Below are positions 41,275 to 52,300 of a stretch of DNA of 64,000 bases, piece by piece. Made by a program: the position numbers and the translations under genes. The DNA lies in the NCBI GenBank assembly GCA_043821445.1, contig JBDRCT010000013.1, positions 6,270 to 70,269 of the forward strand, read 5' to 3'. The notes below the pieces were generated by a model, which was not told where the DNA came from, searched no databases, and saw only the letters and a list, made by a program, of their open reading frames with translations. Source of the DNA: Candidatus Omnitrophota bacterium (GTDB lineage Bacteria; Omnitrophota; Omnitrophia; Omnitrophales; Aquincolibacteriaceae). Numbering within the stretch: position 1 is the first letter of the stretch; each line of letters begins with the position of its first letter.

Positions 41275-42597
41275 TCACTTTTCCTGTGAGATCTTTTGAA
41301 GGACCCCCATCTCGCGGGCGCGTTCCATGAACTTCGGTCTCAGGTCGTGAATCTTGAAAGCACCCTCTACATCCTTGTGAGCATGAACCTGTTTCAGCTC
41401 AAAAGAGGCCAATTCCTGCATGGTCACAACATCCCCTTCGAGACCCGATATCTCACAAATAGATTCGATCCTTCGTTTTCCGTCGGGATATCGCCTGATC
41501 TGGATCACAAGGTTCAAGGCGTTCGCGATCTGCCTGACAATCGTCTGATGATCAAAACGGATCCCGGACATCATGATCATGGTTTCGAGGCGCCCTAAGG
41601 CGTCGCTGGGAGAATTTGCGTGAATGGAAGTCAAAGAGCCCTCGTGACCCGTATTCATGGCCTGCATCATGTCCAAAGCCTCGTTCCCGCGGACTTCCCC
41701 CACAATGATACGGTCCGGCCTCATACGCAAAGAATTCCGGAACAGATCACATTGTGACACGCCCCCTTTCCCCTCAATGTTGGAAGGGCGTATCTCAAGC
41801 CGGACCACATGCGGCTGCTGTAACTGAAGTTCGGCGGCGTCTTCGATCGTCACGATCCTCTCATCCGCCGGAATGAACGCAGAAAGCACGTTCAAGAGCG
41901 TTGTTTTCCCGGTACCTGTTCCGCCGGAGATCAGGATGTTCATCTTGGTGAGGACCGCCACATGCAAAAGGAAGAGCATTTCAGAACTGATGCTTTTGAG
42001 CTCAACAAGATCCGAAGCTGTCAAGGGCTGCGCCTTGAATCTTCGTATGGAAAGACAAGGGCCATCCAACGCTAACGGAGGGATGATCGCATTGACGCGC
42101 GATCCGTCGGACAGCCGGGCATCCACCATCGGGGAAGAATCATCGATGCGCCGTCCGACACGAGCGACGATCCGGTTAATGATGTGCCGCAAGTGCGTGT
42201 TATCTTTGAAATAGATCTTTGCCTTCTCGATCTTGCCCCGGCGTTCGACGAAAACACTTTCGTAATTGTTGACCATGATATCATCAATGCTGGTATCTGC
42301 CAGAAGCGGCTCGAGCGGACCCAGCCCGAAAGTCTCATACACCACCTCTTGCACTAGCCGGGTTTTTTCTGCCGCCGCGAGAGGCAGAGGGGTCTTTTCC
42401 AAAAGTTCAGAGGCAAAATGGGCGATCTCTTCCCGTGCTGTTTCATTATCGAATTGGAGAAGCACCTCCAGGTCCACGTTATCGATAATGCTTTGATGCA
42501 ACTGGGTCTTCAGCTCGTTAAGCTCGCGCCAGCGTGAACGATGGTCGACTTCTCCCTTACTCGAAACCATGGGCTGTTTTGGAAAAAGAATATCCAT
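41275..42597 (-). CDS. cpaF: Tad pilus ATPase CpaF/TadA
   Basis: [61 protein letters not shown]. Confidence 0.96.
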   Translation of the reverse strand: MDILFPKQPMVSSKGEVDHRSRWRELNELKTQLHQSIIDNVDLEVLLQFDNETAREEIAHFASELLEKTPLPLAAAEKTRLVQEVVYETFGLGPLEPLLADTSIDDIMVNNYESVFVERRGKIEKAKIYFKDNTHLRHIINRIVARVGRRIDDSSPMVDARLSDGSRVNAIIPPLALDGPCLSIRRFKAQPLTASDLVELKSISSEMLFLLHVAVLTKMNILISGGTGTGKTTLLNVLSAFIPADERIVTIEDAAELQLQQPHVVRLEIRPSNIEGKGGVSQCDLFRNSLRMRPDRIIVGEVRGNEALDMMQAMNTGHEGSLTSIHANSPSDALGRLETMIMMSGIRFDHQTIVRQIANALNLVIQIRRYPDGKRRIESICEISGLEGDVVTMQELASFELKQVHAHKDVEGAFKIHDLRPKFMERAREMGVLQKISQEK

Positions 42598-42604
42598 AGT
42601 GGTT

Positions 42605-43840
42605 TCAGGCTCCTAATCGTTTTAAAAAAGACGAAGCAAGATTTTTTTTCGCGGTTGGCTGCTCCATTTTCCCCGGAGCACGCACCGCCTGGGCGATCTC
42701 CTCGATCCCTTTTCCTAAAGCGGAGCCCGGATGAACATCCTCGAGCAATTTCCCCTCATTCAGGGCCTGGATGCAAAGGGCATAATGGTTCGGCAGACGG
42801 TAAGCGATCGAATGCCCTGTATGTTTTTCAAAATCTTTGACGATATCGAGCTGGTTCTTGGCGTTAAAACGATTGATGACGACGATGACCTTATCGAACG
42901 GAAAATGCATTTTCCGTAATTTGTTGAAGAAACTCACCATCCCCTTCATCGAAAGAACATCCAGCGTCCCGATCAGGAAGATCGTATCGGATTGAGAAAG
43001 GACCATTTGAACCAGAGAAACGTCCCGGCCGCCAAGGTCCACGATCACATAATCGGCCATGGTCCGGAGGTAAGAAAATACGTTCTGCAATTCCACAAAA
43101 TTCGAGGAAGACACTGCTTCCTGATCTTCGCGAGCCGCTGCCAGGATCTCTAACCCTGAGGCATGCCGGATCAAGGTCCCCTCCAGGAAAGAGTTGTCAA
43201 TAAGGTCGGCATGATCCAGAACATCCCGGATCGTATAAAGCGGATGCAGATTCAAGTAGGTCATAGCATCCCCGCACCCACTTGAAAGATCACAAACGAG
43301 TGTCCGTTGACCACTGCATTGCAAAAGACTTGCCGCAAGATTCACGGAAAAAAGAGTAACGCCGGATCCCCCTTTAGGACCAAAAACTGCCAGAATCTTG
43401 CCGCGAGGGGTTTTTTCTTTTGACTCTTCTTTTGAATGGCGACGGGTATTTTTGAATTTTCTAAGGTATTCCTGGAGATCCTTTTGAAGGGAAGCCCGCA
43501 TCAAAAAATCTTTGACACCCACTTTAAGGAAGCGGAGCATTTCGGGGACTTCAAGATGCATTTTGGAACAGATCACATCCGCGCGGTCGAAAACTTGTAC
43601 GATTTCTCCGACTAATTCGACCCGGTCCCCCTGGAGGCTTTCAAGGTCCAAGAAAAGGACATCAGGCTGTTTGGGTCCCGCATATTGAGACAATTCCACG
43701 GGAGCACAGGCACGGACCTCCCAGGGAGATTCGCCGCCGCCCTCTTGTTTCAGGCATGCGTTCACTTCTCCGATGAAATTTTGATCACGAGTCGCTAATA
43801 AAATATACAACTTCTTCTCTAAAGCCATACTGGACACCAC
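42605..43840 (-). CDS. cpaE: CpaE/TadZ (receiver-like + MinD-like ATPase)
   Basis: Receiver-like N-terminus (VLFLDL), GPKGGSGVT deviant Walker A, DYVIVDL, VINR, ALNEG. Confidence 0.88.
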   Translation of the reverse strand: MVSSMALEKKLYILLATRDQNFIGEVNACLKQEGGGESPWEVRACAPVELSQYAGPKQPDVLFLDLESLQGDRVELVGEIVQVFDRADVICSKMHLEVPEMLRFLKVGVKDFLMRASLQKDLQEYLRKFKNTRRHSKEESKEKTPRGKILAVFGPKGGSGVTLFSVNLAASLLQCSGQRTLVCDLSSGCGDAMTYLNLHPLYTIRDVLDHADLIDNSFLEGTLIRHASGLEILAAAREDQEAVSSSNFVELQNVFSYLRTMADYVIVDLGGRDVSLVQMVLSQSDTIFLIGTLDVLSMKGMVSFFNKLRKMHFPFDKVIVVINRFNAKNQLDIVKDFEKHTGHSIAYRLPNHYALCIQALNEGKLLEDVHPGSALGKGIEEIAQAVRAPGKMEQPTAKKNLASSFLKRLGA

Positions 43841-43960
43841 TTTCTTGCCTTAAAGGAGAAAAGTTATGCGGCATGATCCCTTGAAAGCGGGACCCGCATG
43901 CTTCTCAAAAAAGACGCCTGTCATCATACGCTGAGACGTCTTGCCTTCCCCCTCAAACTT

Positions 43961-44137
43961 TTACGTTGTTGCAGTGGTCACTCGCCCGGCTAGATAATTT
44001 GAGACTGCGGTCACTGCATTTTGAAAAGCGCCCGTCCTTAACGCAATGACGATCACTGCCACAACAATGGCAAGGATCATCGCATACTCTAAAGCGCCCT
44101 GTCCTTTTTTGTCCCTTAGCTTTTCGAAAAGTTTCAT
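43961..44137 (-). CDS. flp: Flp pilin (58 aa; missing from the ORF track)
   Basis: MKLFEKLRDKKG|QGALEYAMILAIVVAVIVIALRTGAFQNAVTAVSNYLAGRVTTATT*; AAGGAG RBS. Confidence 0.92.
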   Translation of the reverse strand: MKLFEKLRDKKGQGALEYAMILAIVVAVIVIALRTGAFQNAVTAVSNYLAGRVTTATT

Positions 44138-44253
44138 TCTCGTATTCTCCTTTTATGTTATTTTAAGATAAACCCGCCAAAATCCAAAAACCCCTTTTAG
44201 CTTTGATCCCTACTGTAACGACCCTTCAAGGATTTTATTGAGAAACCGCTCCG

Positions 44254-44430
44254 CTAGGTTGTTGCTGTTGTCACCCGGGCGCTTAAAAAATTCGAGACTG
44301 AGGTCACCGCATTTTGAAAAACTCCGAATTTAAACCCCATAACGATCACCGCCAAAACAATGGCAAGGATCATCGCATACTCTAAAGCACCCTGTCCCTT
44401 TTGATCCTGTAACTTTCTGAAAGGTCTCAT
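44254..44430 (-). CDS. flp: Flp pilin (58 aa), tandem paralog
   Basis: MRPFRKLQDQKG|QGALEYAMILAIVLAVIVMGFKFGVFQNAVTSVSNFLSARVTTATT*; GGGAG RBS. Confidence 0.92.
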   Translation of the reverse strand: MRPFRKLQDQKGQGALEYAMILAIVLAVIVMGFKFGVFQNAVTSVSNFLSARVTTATT

Positions 44431-44576
44431 TCTTGGAGTCTCCCTTTCTGCTGTTTCAATAATAGACGCATCAAAACCTATCAATCCCGCTCAAGTCTAG
44501 CTACTATTGTAACGACTCTTCAATGATTTTGTTTAGAAATTGCTTCCGGGCTTTCTGCCTATGGGAGACATGTCAA

Positions 44577-46088
44577 TCAGGCGTCATACTCGATTACTCT
44601 GATCGTCTTAAGGTCCGCATTAATAATGTCTTTGAATGTTTGCGCGAGCGTGGCAGGGTCGGGGGTGTAGTAGAATTGACCCTCTTCCTGATTTCCATTG
44701 AGATTAGACGTCCCGGGAATAAATTGCGGATCAGCAGCCGCCCTAGGATCATTCGCAAGCTTCCGGAGCAAGATCCCTCGAACAGTCGATGGATCCGGTG
44801 TCGCAAACTCGTAGGGATCCGCGCCCACTGGAGGAAGTATCCCCAGTCCCACCGAATAAAAAGTGACTCTCCTGTCCGGATCGCCGGCATAAAGATCTTT
44901 TGCGTAATCCGCTTCCCGGATGGTCAGATCCATAGAAATTTTTCTTAAAAAATTAAACTCGCCAGGAGTCGGAAGAGGCCCCGGAGACAGTACGATCCCT
45001 CCGCCCATCGCAGCACCCATCGAATCAAGATACGTCCACCTTTCCAAACACTTATTGGCCACTCCGTCGTCGTTAGTAAGACTACCACCACTACAAGCAG
45101 GAAAAGCCCTGTTTATATCCACAAAATATTGCGGCGGAGAGTTACTATTGCCATGATTGCCCAGGGTTTCGACATCCTGGCTGTCAAAAAAGGGCTTGTA
45201 AATAACTCGCGCGTCAGGAAATCTAGTGAAGACCTTGTTCGGTACCCCGTCCGTGAACAAAATGACGATGCGCCTATAATCAACCCTCGGGGTCACTTCC
45301 GCCCCTTCCATCTGCTCTCTCCCTTTCAAAACGCCTTGAGCCATGTTGGTCCAGCCGCCTGGCGCCAGGCCGTCAATCGCATTTTTTATCAAGTCCGCGT
45401 TCCCGTCCTCATTCACTATAAGCATCCCTTGTTCCGAACCGGGCGGCGCTGTCCGGACGGTAGCGGAATCTGAGTATGAAATTAAGGCCATTTGATCATC
45501 GGGATAACTCAAAACATCTACCAGTTGTCTTGCCGCATCCCTGGCGGGCACAATTTTTTGCCGGCCGCCGACGATATCACCCATGGAACCCGAGTTATCA
45601 AAAACCATGCTCAAGATAACGGGCCTGCGGCTTGTGGCCGCCGCGGCTTTAACTAAAAGACCAAAGCTACTTGTTGAGGAACCACGGGTTGAGAAAGAGG
45701 AAAGAAATTTTGCCATCAAATAGTTGCAATTGGCACGCACACTGGCTCTGACTTTCGTAAGCGACGAAGTTCTGCTCGGCGCTTGGACATCGACGTTTGC
45801 CTCACCGACCATCTCGATACCTTGCTTTGTCGCCTGATGCCGGATAAAGCGCTGGACCCATACCCTGACTTCTTGTGGCGACTTCCCGTTCACAGAGGCT
45901 GCCACTCCGTTCAATGCGGCACTATCGAGGATTTTTTGCATTTGGCTGCGTCTTAAAAAAATAACTCCGGAATCTAATGCAAAACCGCTGAGCATCAGTC
46001 CCCCCAGAAAAAGAAAGACGAGACCCATCCCTATCTGACCTTTCATTCCCTGAAGTGAATTTTTTGATCCCTTCTTTCCTACAGTCAT
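44577..46088 (-). CDS. TadG-like pilus tip protein with vWA domain
   Basis: MKG|QIG prepilin-like N-terminus, MQKILDSAAL Tad_N motif, MIDAS DNSGSM...TN...FTDG. Confidence 0.85.
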   Translation of the reverse strand: MTVGKKGSKNSLQGMKGQIGMGLVFLFLGGLMLSGFALDSGVIFLRRSQMQKILDSAALNGVAASVNGKSPQEVRVWVQRFIRHQATKQGIEMVGEANVDVQAPSRTSSLTKVRASVRANCNYLMAKFLSSFSTRGSSTSSFGLLVKAAAATSRRPVILSMVFDNSGSMGDIVGGRQKIVPARDAARQLVDVLSYPDDQMALISYSDSATVRTAPPGSEQGMLIVNEDGNADLIKNAIDGLAPGGWTNMAQGVLKGREQMEGAEVTPRVDYRRIVILFTDGVPNKVFTRFPDARVIYKPFFDSQDVETLGNHGNSNSPPQYFVDINRAFPACSGGSLTNDDGVANKCLERWTYLDSMGAAMGGGIVLSPGPLPTPGEFNFLRKISMDLTIREADYAKDLYAGDPDRRVTFYSVGLGILPPVGADPYEFATPDPSTVRGILLRKLANDPRAAADPQFIPGTSNLNGNQEEGQFYYTPDPATLAQTFKDIINADLKTIRVIEYDA

Positions 46089-46528
46089 GTCTTCTTTTCT
46101 CCTGTGTTATTTCGCATCCTACACACCTAATTATACACCGATTATTAAAAAATTCTTATAAAATGTTTTACAAAGGTTATGTTGATAGCTATTGTTATAA
46201 AGAATTATATTTGAAAGACTTTCAACCGAAGGAGATTGACGAAACAGGCTAAGGATTGCACTTCAATCCTATTGCTTCGAACAGTCGATTTTAGAAGAAA
46301 CTATACCCATCTTCTAAAATCATCCAAACCAAAGCACACCGCAATCTCTCTCCCGGCACGATGCTATCATGCTAAGGAGTTGCCTGATCACCAAACGTCA
46401 ATGACAGATCCCTGGCCTCTGCAATTCGAAACACTTTTCAATCGCAGGCGCTATGAATAAACAAGAGAAATTGAATCGGTGGGATTTCAAGATGGAACGG
46501 CTCATCCGGTCAGATAGAGACCTGCCTT

Positions 46529-46909
46529 TTAGCCGTTCTTTACCGGAGGAGTGGGATCATTAAAATAACTGCCTCTCAAAACATCCTTGACCAAAGTTTC
46601 GGGTTGATAGACGGGGGCATAGTCGGCCGGCTTGGCAACCGGGAACGTCACGATGTCATACAAACCCACCCCGGCCCTTTTGACCGTAAAAAATGCTCCC
46701 CGGAACAATCCGAGGATATAGCCTGTTATTTTATCCGGGGTACTTTCTAATGCAGGATCCATCTGATAAATGAATTCTCCGGGACTGGTGGCGACATTGG
46801 TGATGCCTCGAGCAAGTTTTTCCCAGGGATTTCCGGCCCAAACGGCCGAGGGCATAAAAAGAAGTGCCAACACCAGAGATAATAAGACCCGTTTACTCTT
46901 CTTGCTCAT
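46529..46909 (-). CDS. Exported protein, TIGR04073 (exosortase-system-associated)-like
   Basis: Signal peptide; KLARGITNVAT...RAGVGLYDIVTFP. Confidence 0.75.
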   Translation of the reverse strand: MSKKSKRVLLSLVLALLFMPSAVWAGNPWEKLARGITNVATSPGEFIYQMDPALESTPDKITGYILGLFRGAFFTVKRAGVGLYDIVTFPVAKPADYAPVYQPETLVKDVLRGSYFNDPTPPVKNG

Positions 46910-46999
46910 AAATCCCTCCTTAAGGAATTTTAAAGATCTTCACGACTTACCCTTACTGTATCGGCGGAACCCCAACTCCCTTTATCCTGTCATATAGCC

Positions 47000-47190
47000 T
47001 GTAGACCATAGTTCATATTAGACCACGGACCGAAGACCGCAGACTGTAGTGCGAAAAAATTCCAAACTCCGAGGGACAAGCTACAAACAATTTTCAAACA
47101 GCAAAGACCAAAATCCAAATATTGTTATGTGTTTGGAAGTTGAGATTTCGGGTTTGTTTGTATCTTGTGTCTTGTTTCTTGTATCTTCCC
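47000..47190. repeat. Degenerate 7-bp periodic repeat region
   Basis: agaccac-ggaccga-agaccgc-agact and aaagaccaaaatccaaa ... tatcttg-tgtcttg-tttcttg-tatctt. Confidence 0.6.
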
Positions 47191-47198
47191 TGAAAAAT

Positions 47199-47567
47199 CT
47201 ACGATTTTTCAGGTGCGAGTTGCCAGGGGAATTCGGGGGAAAGCACCGGTTTATATTTCGCAGGATAAGGGATCGGGAAGGTCACCATCTCGTAAACTCC
47301 GACCAAAGCCCGTCCCACGGCATAGATCGAACCGCGGCCCAATCCCGCCACCCAACTCGGCGGAAGCGTGTCATTGCGGACCTCTTTGGAGAGCTCGTTG
47401 GAGATCTCAAAGGGGCAAAGCGCCACGTTCAGAAACCCGCGCTGGAGTTTCCGGAGACACGTTCCCTCCCCCTGGATCTCAGCCTCCGGCGCTACAGCCG
47501 CCATCGCGGGAAGCGAGAAAGCAAGAAGAACGAACATCGCGATCAATATCGTATAGGGTCTTTGCAT
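47199..47567 (-). CDS. Exported protein, TIGR04073-like, paralog
   Basis: Start MQRPYTIL; signal peptide; KLQRGFLNVAL...RALVGVYEMVTFP. Confidence 0.75.
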   Translation of the reverse strand: MQRPYTILIAMFVLLAFSLPAMAAVAPEAEIQGEGTCLRKLQRGFLNVALCPFEISNELSKEVRNDTLPPSWVAGLGRGSIYAVGRALVGVYEMVTFPIPYPAKYKPVLSPEFPWQLAPEKS

Positions 47568-47796
47568 GGTCCCAATACCTTTCAATTTTTGCGAAGCGGT
47601 CCCAATACCAATCAATCACAGCCAAGCTGTGATTGGGGCCGTCCAAGTCGCCATCTAAAAAAAGAACATAAAGACTTGGGCAGAAATTGGGGCCATCCCA
47701 ACTACCATTAATGTAAAGAAATTTAAAGTTGGGATGGCGGGCATAATTTAACACCGAAGCCTCGGCAACGCCAGCCTGAAATCGGCTCGAGAGATA

Positions 47797-49224
47797 TCAG
47801 ACTTTGAGATAACTATTTACGGCTTGGGCGGCCTGGCGGCCCTGATTGATGGCCCACACCACGAGCGAGGCGCCGCGGACCGAGTCCCCCGCCGCGAAAA
47901 CACCCGGCACCGAACTCATGTAATTCTTGTCCGTCTGGATATTGCCCCGGGCGTCAAACTGAACTCCCAGGTCCGTCAGGAGCTTGGAATGTTCTACATG
48001 GACGAACCCCATGGCCAAAAGCACCAGGTCGGCCTGCAGAACGAATCCTGAACCCGGGATCTCCTTCATCGAATACTGCCCGCTCGTCTTGTCCTGCGTC
48101 CATTCCACCCGCGCGCAATGGACCTCGCGGACTTTCCCGTCCTTCCCTTTGAACTCCTTGGTCGTGATCGCCCAGTCCCGCTCACACCCCTCTTCATGAG
48201 AGGTCGAGGTCCTGAGGATCAGAGGCCAGTTGGGCCAGAAAGGGTTCCACGGCTCTTTCCATTCTTGAGGCTTCGGAAGGATCTCAAATTGATGGACCTT
48301 TTTGGCGCCCTGGCGGTTCGAAGTCCCCACGCAATCCGACCCCGTGTCCCCGCCGCCGATCACAAGCACCGTTTTCCCTTTCGCGGAAATAAGCGGGTCG
48401 GGTTTGATCTCGCCGGAAACGGCCTTGTTGGAAAGCGTCAAAAAATCCATGGCAAAGTGGATCCCGGAAAGTTCGCGGCCCGGGACCTTGAGATCGCGCG
48501 GCGCGCCGGCCCCCATCGTCAGAAGGACTACGTCAAAGTTCTTCTTAAGTTCTGCCGCGGAAAGCGTCGTCCCCGCATCGACATTCACCTCAAAGCGTAC
48601 GCCTTCGGCCTTTATTTGCTCGATGCGGCGGTCCAGCACCCATTTTTCAAGTTTGAAATCCGGGATCCCGTACCGGAGGAGTCCGCCGATCCTGGAGGAT
48701 TTTTCAAAAAGCGTGACAGTGTGTCCGGCGCGACGCAGCTGCTGGGCCGAAGCAAGCCCCGCGGGTCCGGAACCGATGATCGCGATCTTTTTTCCGGTTT
48801 CTTTCGCAGGGGGTTGGGGTTTCACCCAGCCTTCTGCGAATGCTTTTTCGATAATGGAAAGTTCGATCTGCTCGATCGTGACCGGAGCGCAATTGATCGC
48901 GAGCGTGCAAGCGGTTTCGCACGGGGCCGGGCAAACCCGCCCCGTCACTTCCGGAAGATTGTTCGTGAGGGAGAGACGCTCAAACGCTTCATGCCACTGG
49001 CCCCGGTAAACGGCGTCATTCCACTCCGGGATAAGGTTAGAAACGGGGCATCCGAGGGCATGGCAAAAAGGGATCCCGCAATCCATGCAGCGCGCGCCCT
49101 GCTTAAGAATCTCTTCGCCGAAAAACGGCTGGGCGATCTCCCGGTAGTCTTTCAGACGTTCCTGGACAGGCCGTTTGGGTGAGAAACTGCGTTGATATTC
49201 TAAGAAACCGTCCGACTTTCCCAT
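47797..49224 (-). CDS. gltD: Glutamate synthase small subunit
   Basis: [47 protein letters not shown]. Confidence 0.97.
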   Translation of the reverse strand: MGKSDGFLEYQRSFSPKRPVQERLKDYREIAQPFFGEEILKQGARCMDCGIPFCHALGCPVSNLIPEWNDAVYRGQWHEAFERLSLTNNLPEVTGRVCPAPCETACTLAINCAPVTIEQIELSIIEKAFAEGWVKPQPPAKETGKKIAIIGSGPAGLASAQQLRRAGHTVTLFEKSSRIGGLLRYGIPDFKLEKWVLDRRIEQIKAEGVRFEVNVDAGTTLSAAELKKNFDVVLLTMGAGAPRDLKVPGRELSGIHFAMDFLTLSNKAVSGEIKPDPLISAKGKTVLVIGGGDTGSDCVGTSNRQGAKKVHQFEILPKPQEWKEPWNPFWPNWPLILRTSTSHEEGCERDWAITTKEFKGKDGKVREVHCARVEWTQDKTSGQYSMKEIPGSGFVLQADLVLLAMGFVHVEHSKLLTDLGVQFDARGNIQTDKNYMSSVPGVFAAGDSVRGASLVVWAINQGRQAAQAVNSYLKV

Positions 49225-49307
49225 TAGTACCGTTCTCCATTCAATTTCTAAGGGTTAACGGTACAGCCCAAGTCTTTTATTTCACTTACAGAATGGTTGA
49301 CTTGGGC

Positions 49308-49352
49308 AGCCCCAATTTCCGCTGTGCGGAAATTGATAAGTATTGGGACTGT
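49308..49352. repeat. Dispersed palindromic element
   Basis: gccccaatttccgctgtgcggaaattgataagtattgggactgt; near-identical to 28770-28813 and related (inverted) to 47568-47645. Confidence 0.8.
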
Positions 49353-49385
49353 ACTGCGAACCCTTCAAATCAATAAAATGCGGTA

Positions 49386-52300
49386 TTAGAAAAAGACCTC
49401 TTCCGTCATCTCGGCCGATTCCGAATTTTTCATCTGGTGTTCTTTCATTTTGGCCACGGCCTTTTTGTAGTCCATGGGCATGACCTTTACAAAACGCGGC
49501 AACATTTCGTCCCAGCTGGCAAGGATCGCCTTGGCATACTGGCTACCCGTGAATTTTGCGTGCCGCTCGATCGCCGTCTTGAGGAACTCACGGTCCTCTT
49601 TTTCCGCGACAGGCTCAAGATCGACCATTTCAAGATTGCAACGCGTGTCAAAGAACTGGCTCTCATCAAGCACGTAGGCGATCCCGCCGCTCATGCCCGC
49701 CGCGAAGTTCACACCGGTCTGTCCCAGAATGATCACACGGCCGCCGGTCATGTACTCGCAGCCGTGATCTCCCACGCCTTCGACCACGGCCACCGCCCCG
49801 CTGTTGCGAACGCAAAACCTCACGCCGGCCCGGCCATGGATGTAGGCCTCTCCCCCGGTCGCGCCAAAAAGGTTCACATTCCCGGTGATGATATTATCCT
49901 GCGGCCGGAAAGTCGCGGACCTTGGCGGATACACGATGAGCCGTCCCCCCGAGAGTCCTTTGCCGAAATAATCATTCGCATCCCCTTCCAGCTCGAGAGT
50001 CACTCCGTGAGCAAGAAAAGCTCCGAAACTCTGCCCCGCCGATCCTTCGAATTTGATCTTGATCGTGTCTTCGGGTAACCCTTTCAGGCCATAGCGTTTC
50101 GCGATCTCATAACTTAAAGTCGTCCCGACCGTGCGATTGCAATTGCGGATCTTCTGTTCAAGAACGATCGGTTGTTTGAATTCGAGGGCGCTCTTGGCCT
50201 TTTTGATAAGATCCGGGTCCAAAGAAAGTGAAAAGTCATGCGCGGGGGCCGACACGCACCGGATCGATCCACCGTGAGGCACCTCGGGCACCGAAAGCAC
50301 TTTTGAAAAATCAAGGCCCCGGGTCTTGTAATGGGTAACCGCCTCAAGCACTTCGAGCCTGTCCACACGCCCCACCATCTCCTCAAATTTCTTGAACCCA
50401 AGTTCTGCCATGATCTCGCGGACTTCCTGAGCGATGAACCTCATAAAATTCATCAGGTGCTCCGGTTTCCCGGCGAAGCGTTTACGCAGTTCCGGGTTCT
50501 GGGTCGCCACTCCCACGGGACAGGTGTTTAAGTGGCACTTCCTCATCATGATGCATCCCAGGGTGACGACCGCCGTTGTCCCAAAACCAAATTCTTCGGC
50601 GCCGAGCATCGCGCCGATCACAATATCCCGGCCGGTTTTGAGCTGGCCGTCCACCTGAACGCGGATCCTGTCGCGCAGTTTGTTCATGACAAGCACCTGC
50701 TGGGCCTCGGCAAGTCCTATCTCCCACGGCGAACCCGCGTATTTGATCGAAGAAATGGGTGATGCGCCGGTCCCTCCGTCATGACCGCTGATCAGGACCA
50801 TGTCCGCTTTTCCTTTGGCGACCCCCGCGGCGACCGTACCGACGCCCACTTCCGAAACGAGCTTGACGGAGATACGCGCTTCGGGATTGGCGTTCTTCAG
50901 ATCGAAGATGAGCTGGGCCAGGTCCTCGATCGAATAAATATCATGATGGGGCGGCGGCGAAATAAGCATCACCCCGGGCGTCGAGTGACGCACCCGCGCG
51001 ATCAATTCGTCCACTTTATGGCCGGGAAGCTGCCCGCCTTCTCCAGGCTTCGCGCCCTGCGCCATCTTGATCTGAAGTTCCCGGGAATGGACCAGATAAT
51101 CGATCGTTACGCCGAAACGCGCCGACGCGACCTGCTTGATCGAGCTTTTGCTGGAGTCCCCGTTAGGGAGCGGCTTGTAACGGGCCTCGTCCTCGCCCCC
51201 TTCCCCCGAATTACTTCCGGCCCCCAGCCGGTTCATCGCGATCGCAATGGTCTCATGCGCCTCTTTGCTGATGGAACCGAAAGACATGGCCGAAGAAACG
51301 AACCGTTTTACGATGCTGTCCACCGGCTCCACTTCTTCGATCGGGACCGGTTGTCCTTTTTTAAACTTGAAAAGTCCGCGGAGCGTGCACAGGTTCTTGC
51401 TGATATCATTGACCTCAGACGTATAACGCTTGAAAACGTTGTAATCCCCCTCCCGGACCGATTGCTGAAGGTTGACGATCGCCTGAGGCGAGAAAAGGTG
51501 TTTTTCCGCGTTCAACCGGTAGTGATAACTCCCCCCGGAATCCAAGATCTCGGTGTTGGACCGCGATCCTTGAAAAGCCGCCGCGAACCGGTCCAGGGAT
51601 TCCCTCTCAACCACCTCCAGGCCGATCCCCTGGATGCGGGAAGGCGTCCCCGGAAAATAGCGCTTCACGAATTCATCGTTCAGTCCCACCGCCTCGAAGA
51701 TCTGGGCGCCGCGATAACTGCGAAGCGTGGAAATCCCCATTTTGGACATCACCTTCAAAAGGCCCTTTTTGACGGCGGTAATATAGTGCTCGATGGCAGT
51801 TTCAAGCGTTATTTCGGCGGACAAATGCCCGCGACGTTTCAGGTCGGCCAGACTTTCGAAGACAAGATAGGGATTGATCGCGTTCACGCCATAGCCCACG
51901 AGGCATGCGAAATGGTGCACCTCCCGGGCCTCGCCTGTCTCCAGCACAAGTCCGCCCAAATAGCGTTTGCCTTTCCGGATCAAATGCTGATGCACCGCGG
52001 AGCCGGCCAGAAGCGCCGGGATCGGCGCCTTCCCGGGTCCGGTTTCCCGGTCGCTTAGGATCACAAGCGAATATCCTTCATCAAGCTTCTGCTCCACGTG
52101 CACACAAAGCGCCTGAACAGATTTTTCTAAACTGCCTGCGGATGCCGAAACGTCAAAAAGCATTGGAACCGTGCACACACGAAAACTGGTCAAGTTAGAG
52201 GCCTTGAGGCGCTCGATGTCATCATTGGTGAGGATCGGGTGTGACAACTTCAACTGGTGACAGTGTTCAGGGGTCTCGCTCAAAAGATTGCCTTGCCGTC

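Noticed and set aside
48118-52058. 354-aa and 425-aa plus-strand ORFs
   Set aside because: Antisense to gltD and gltB.
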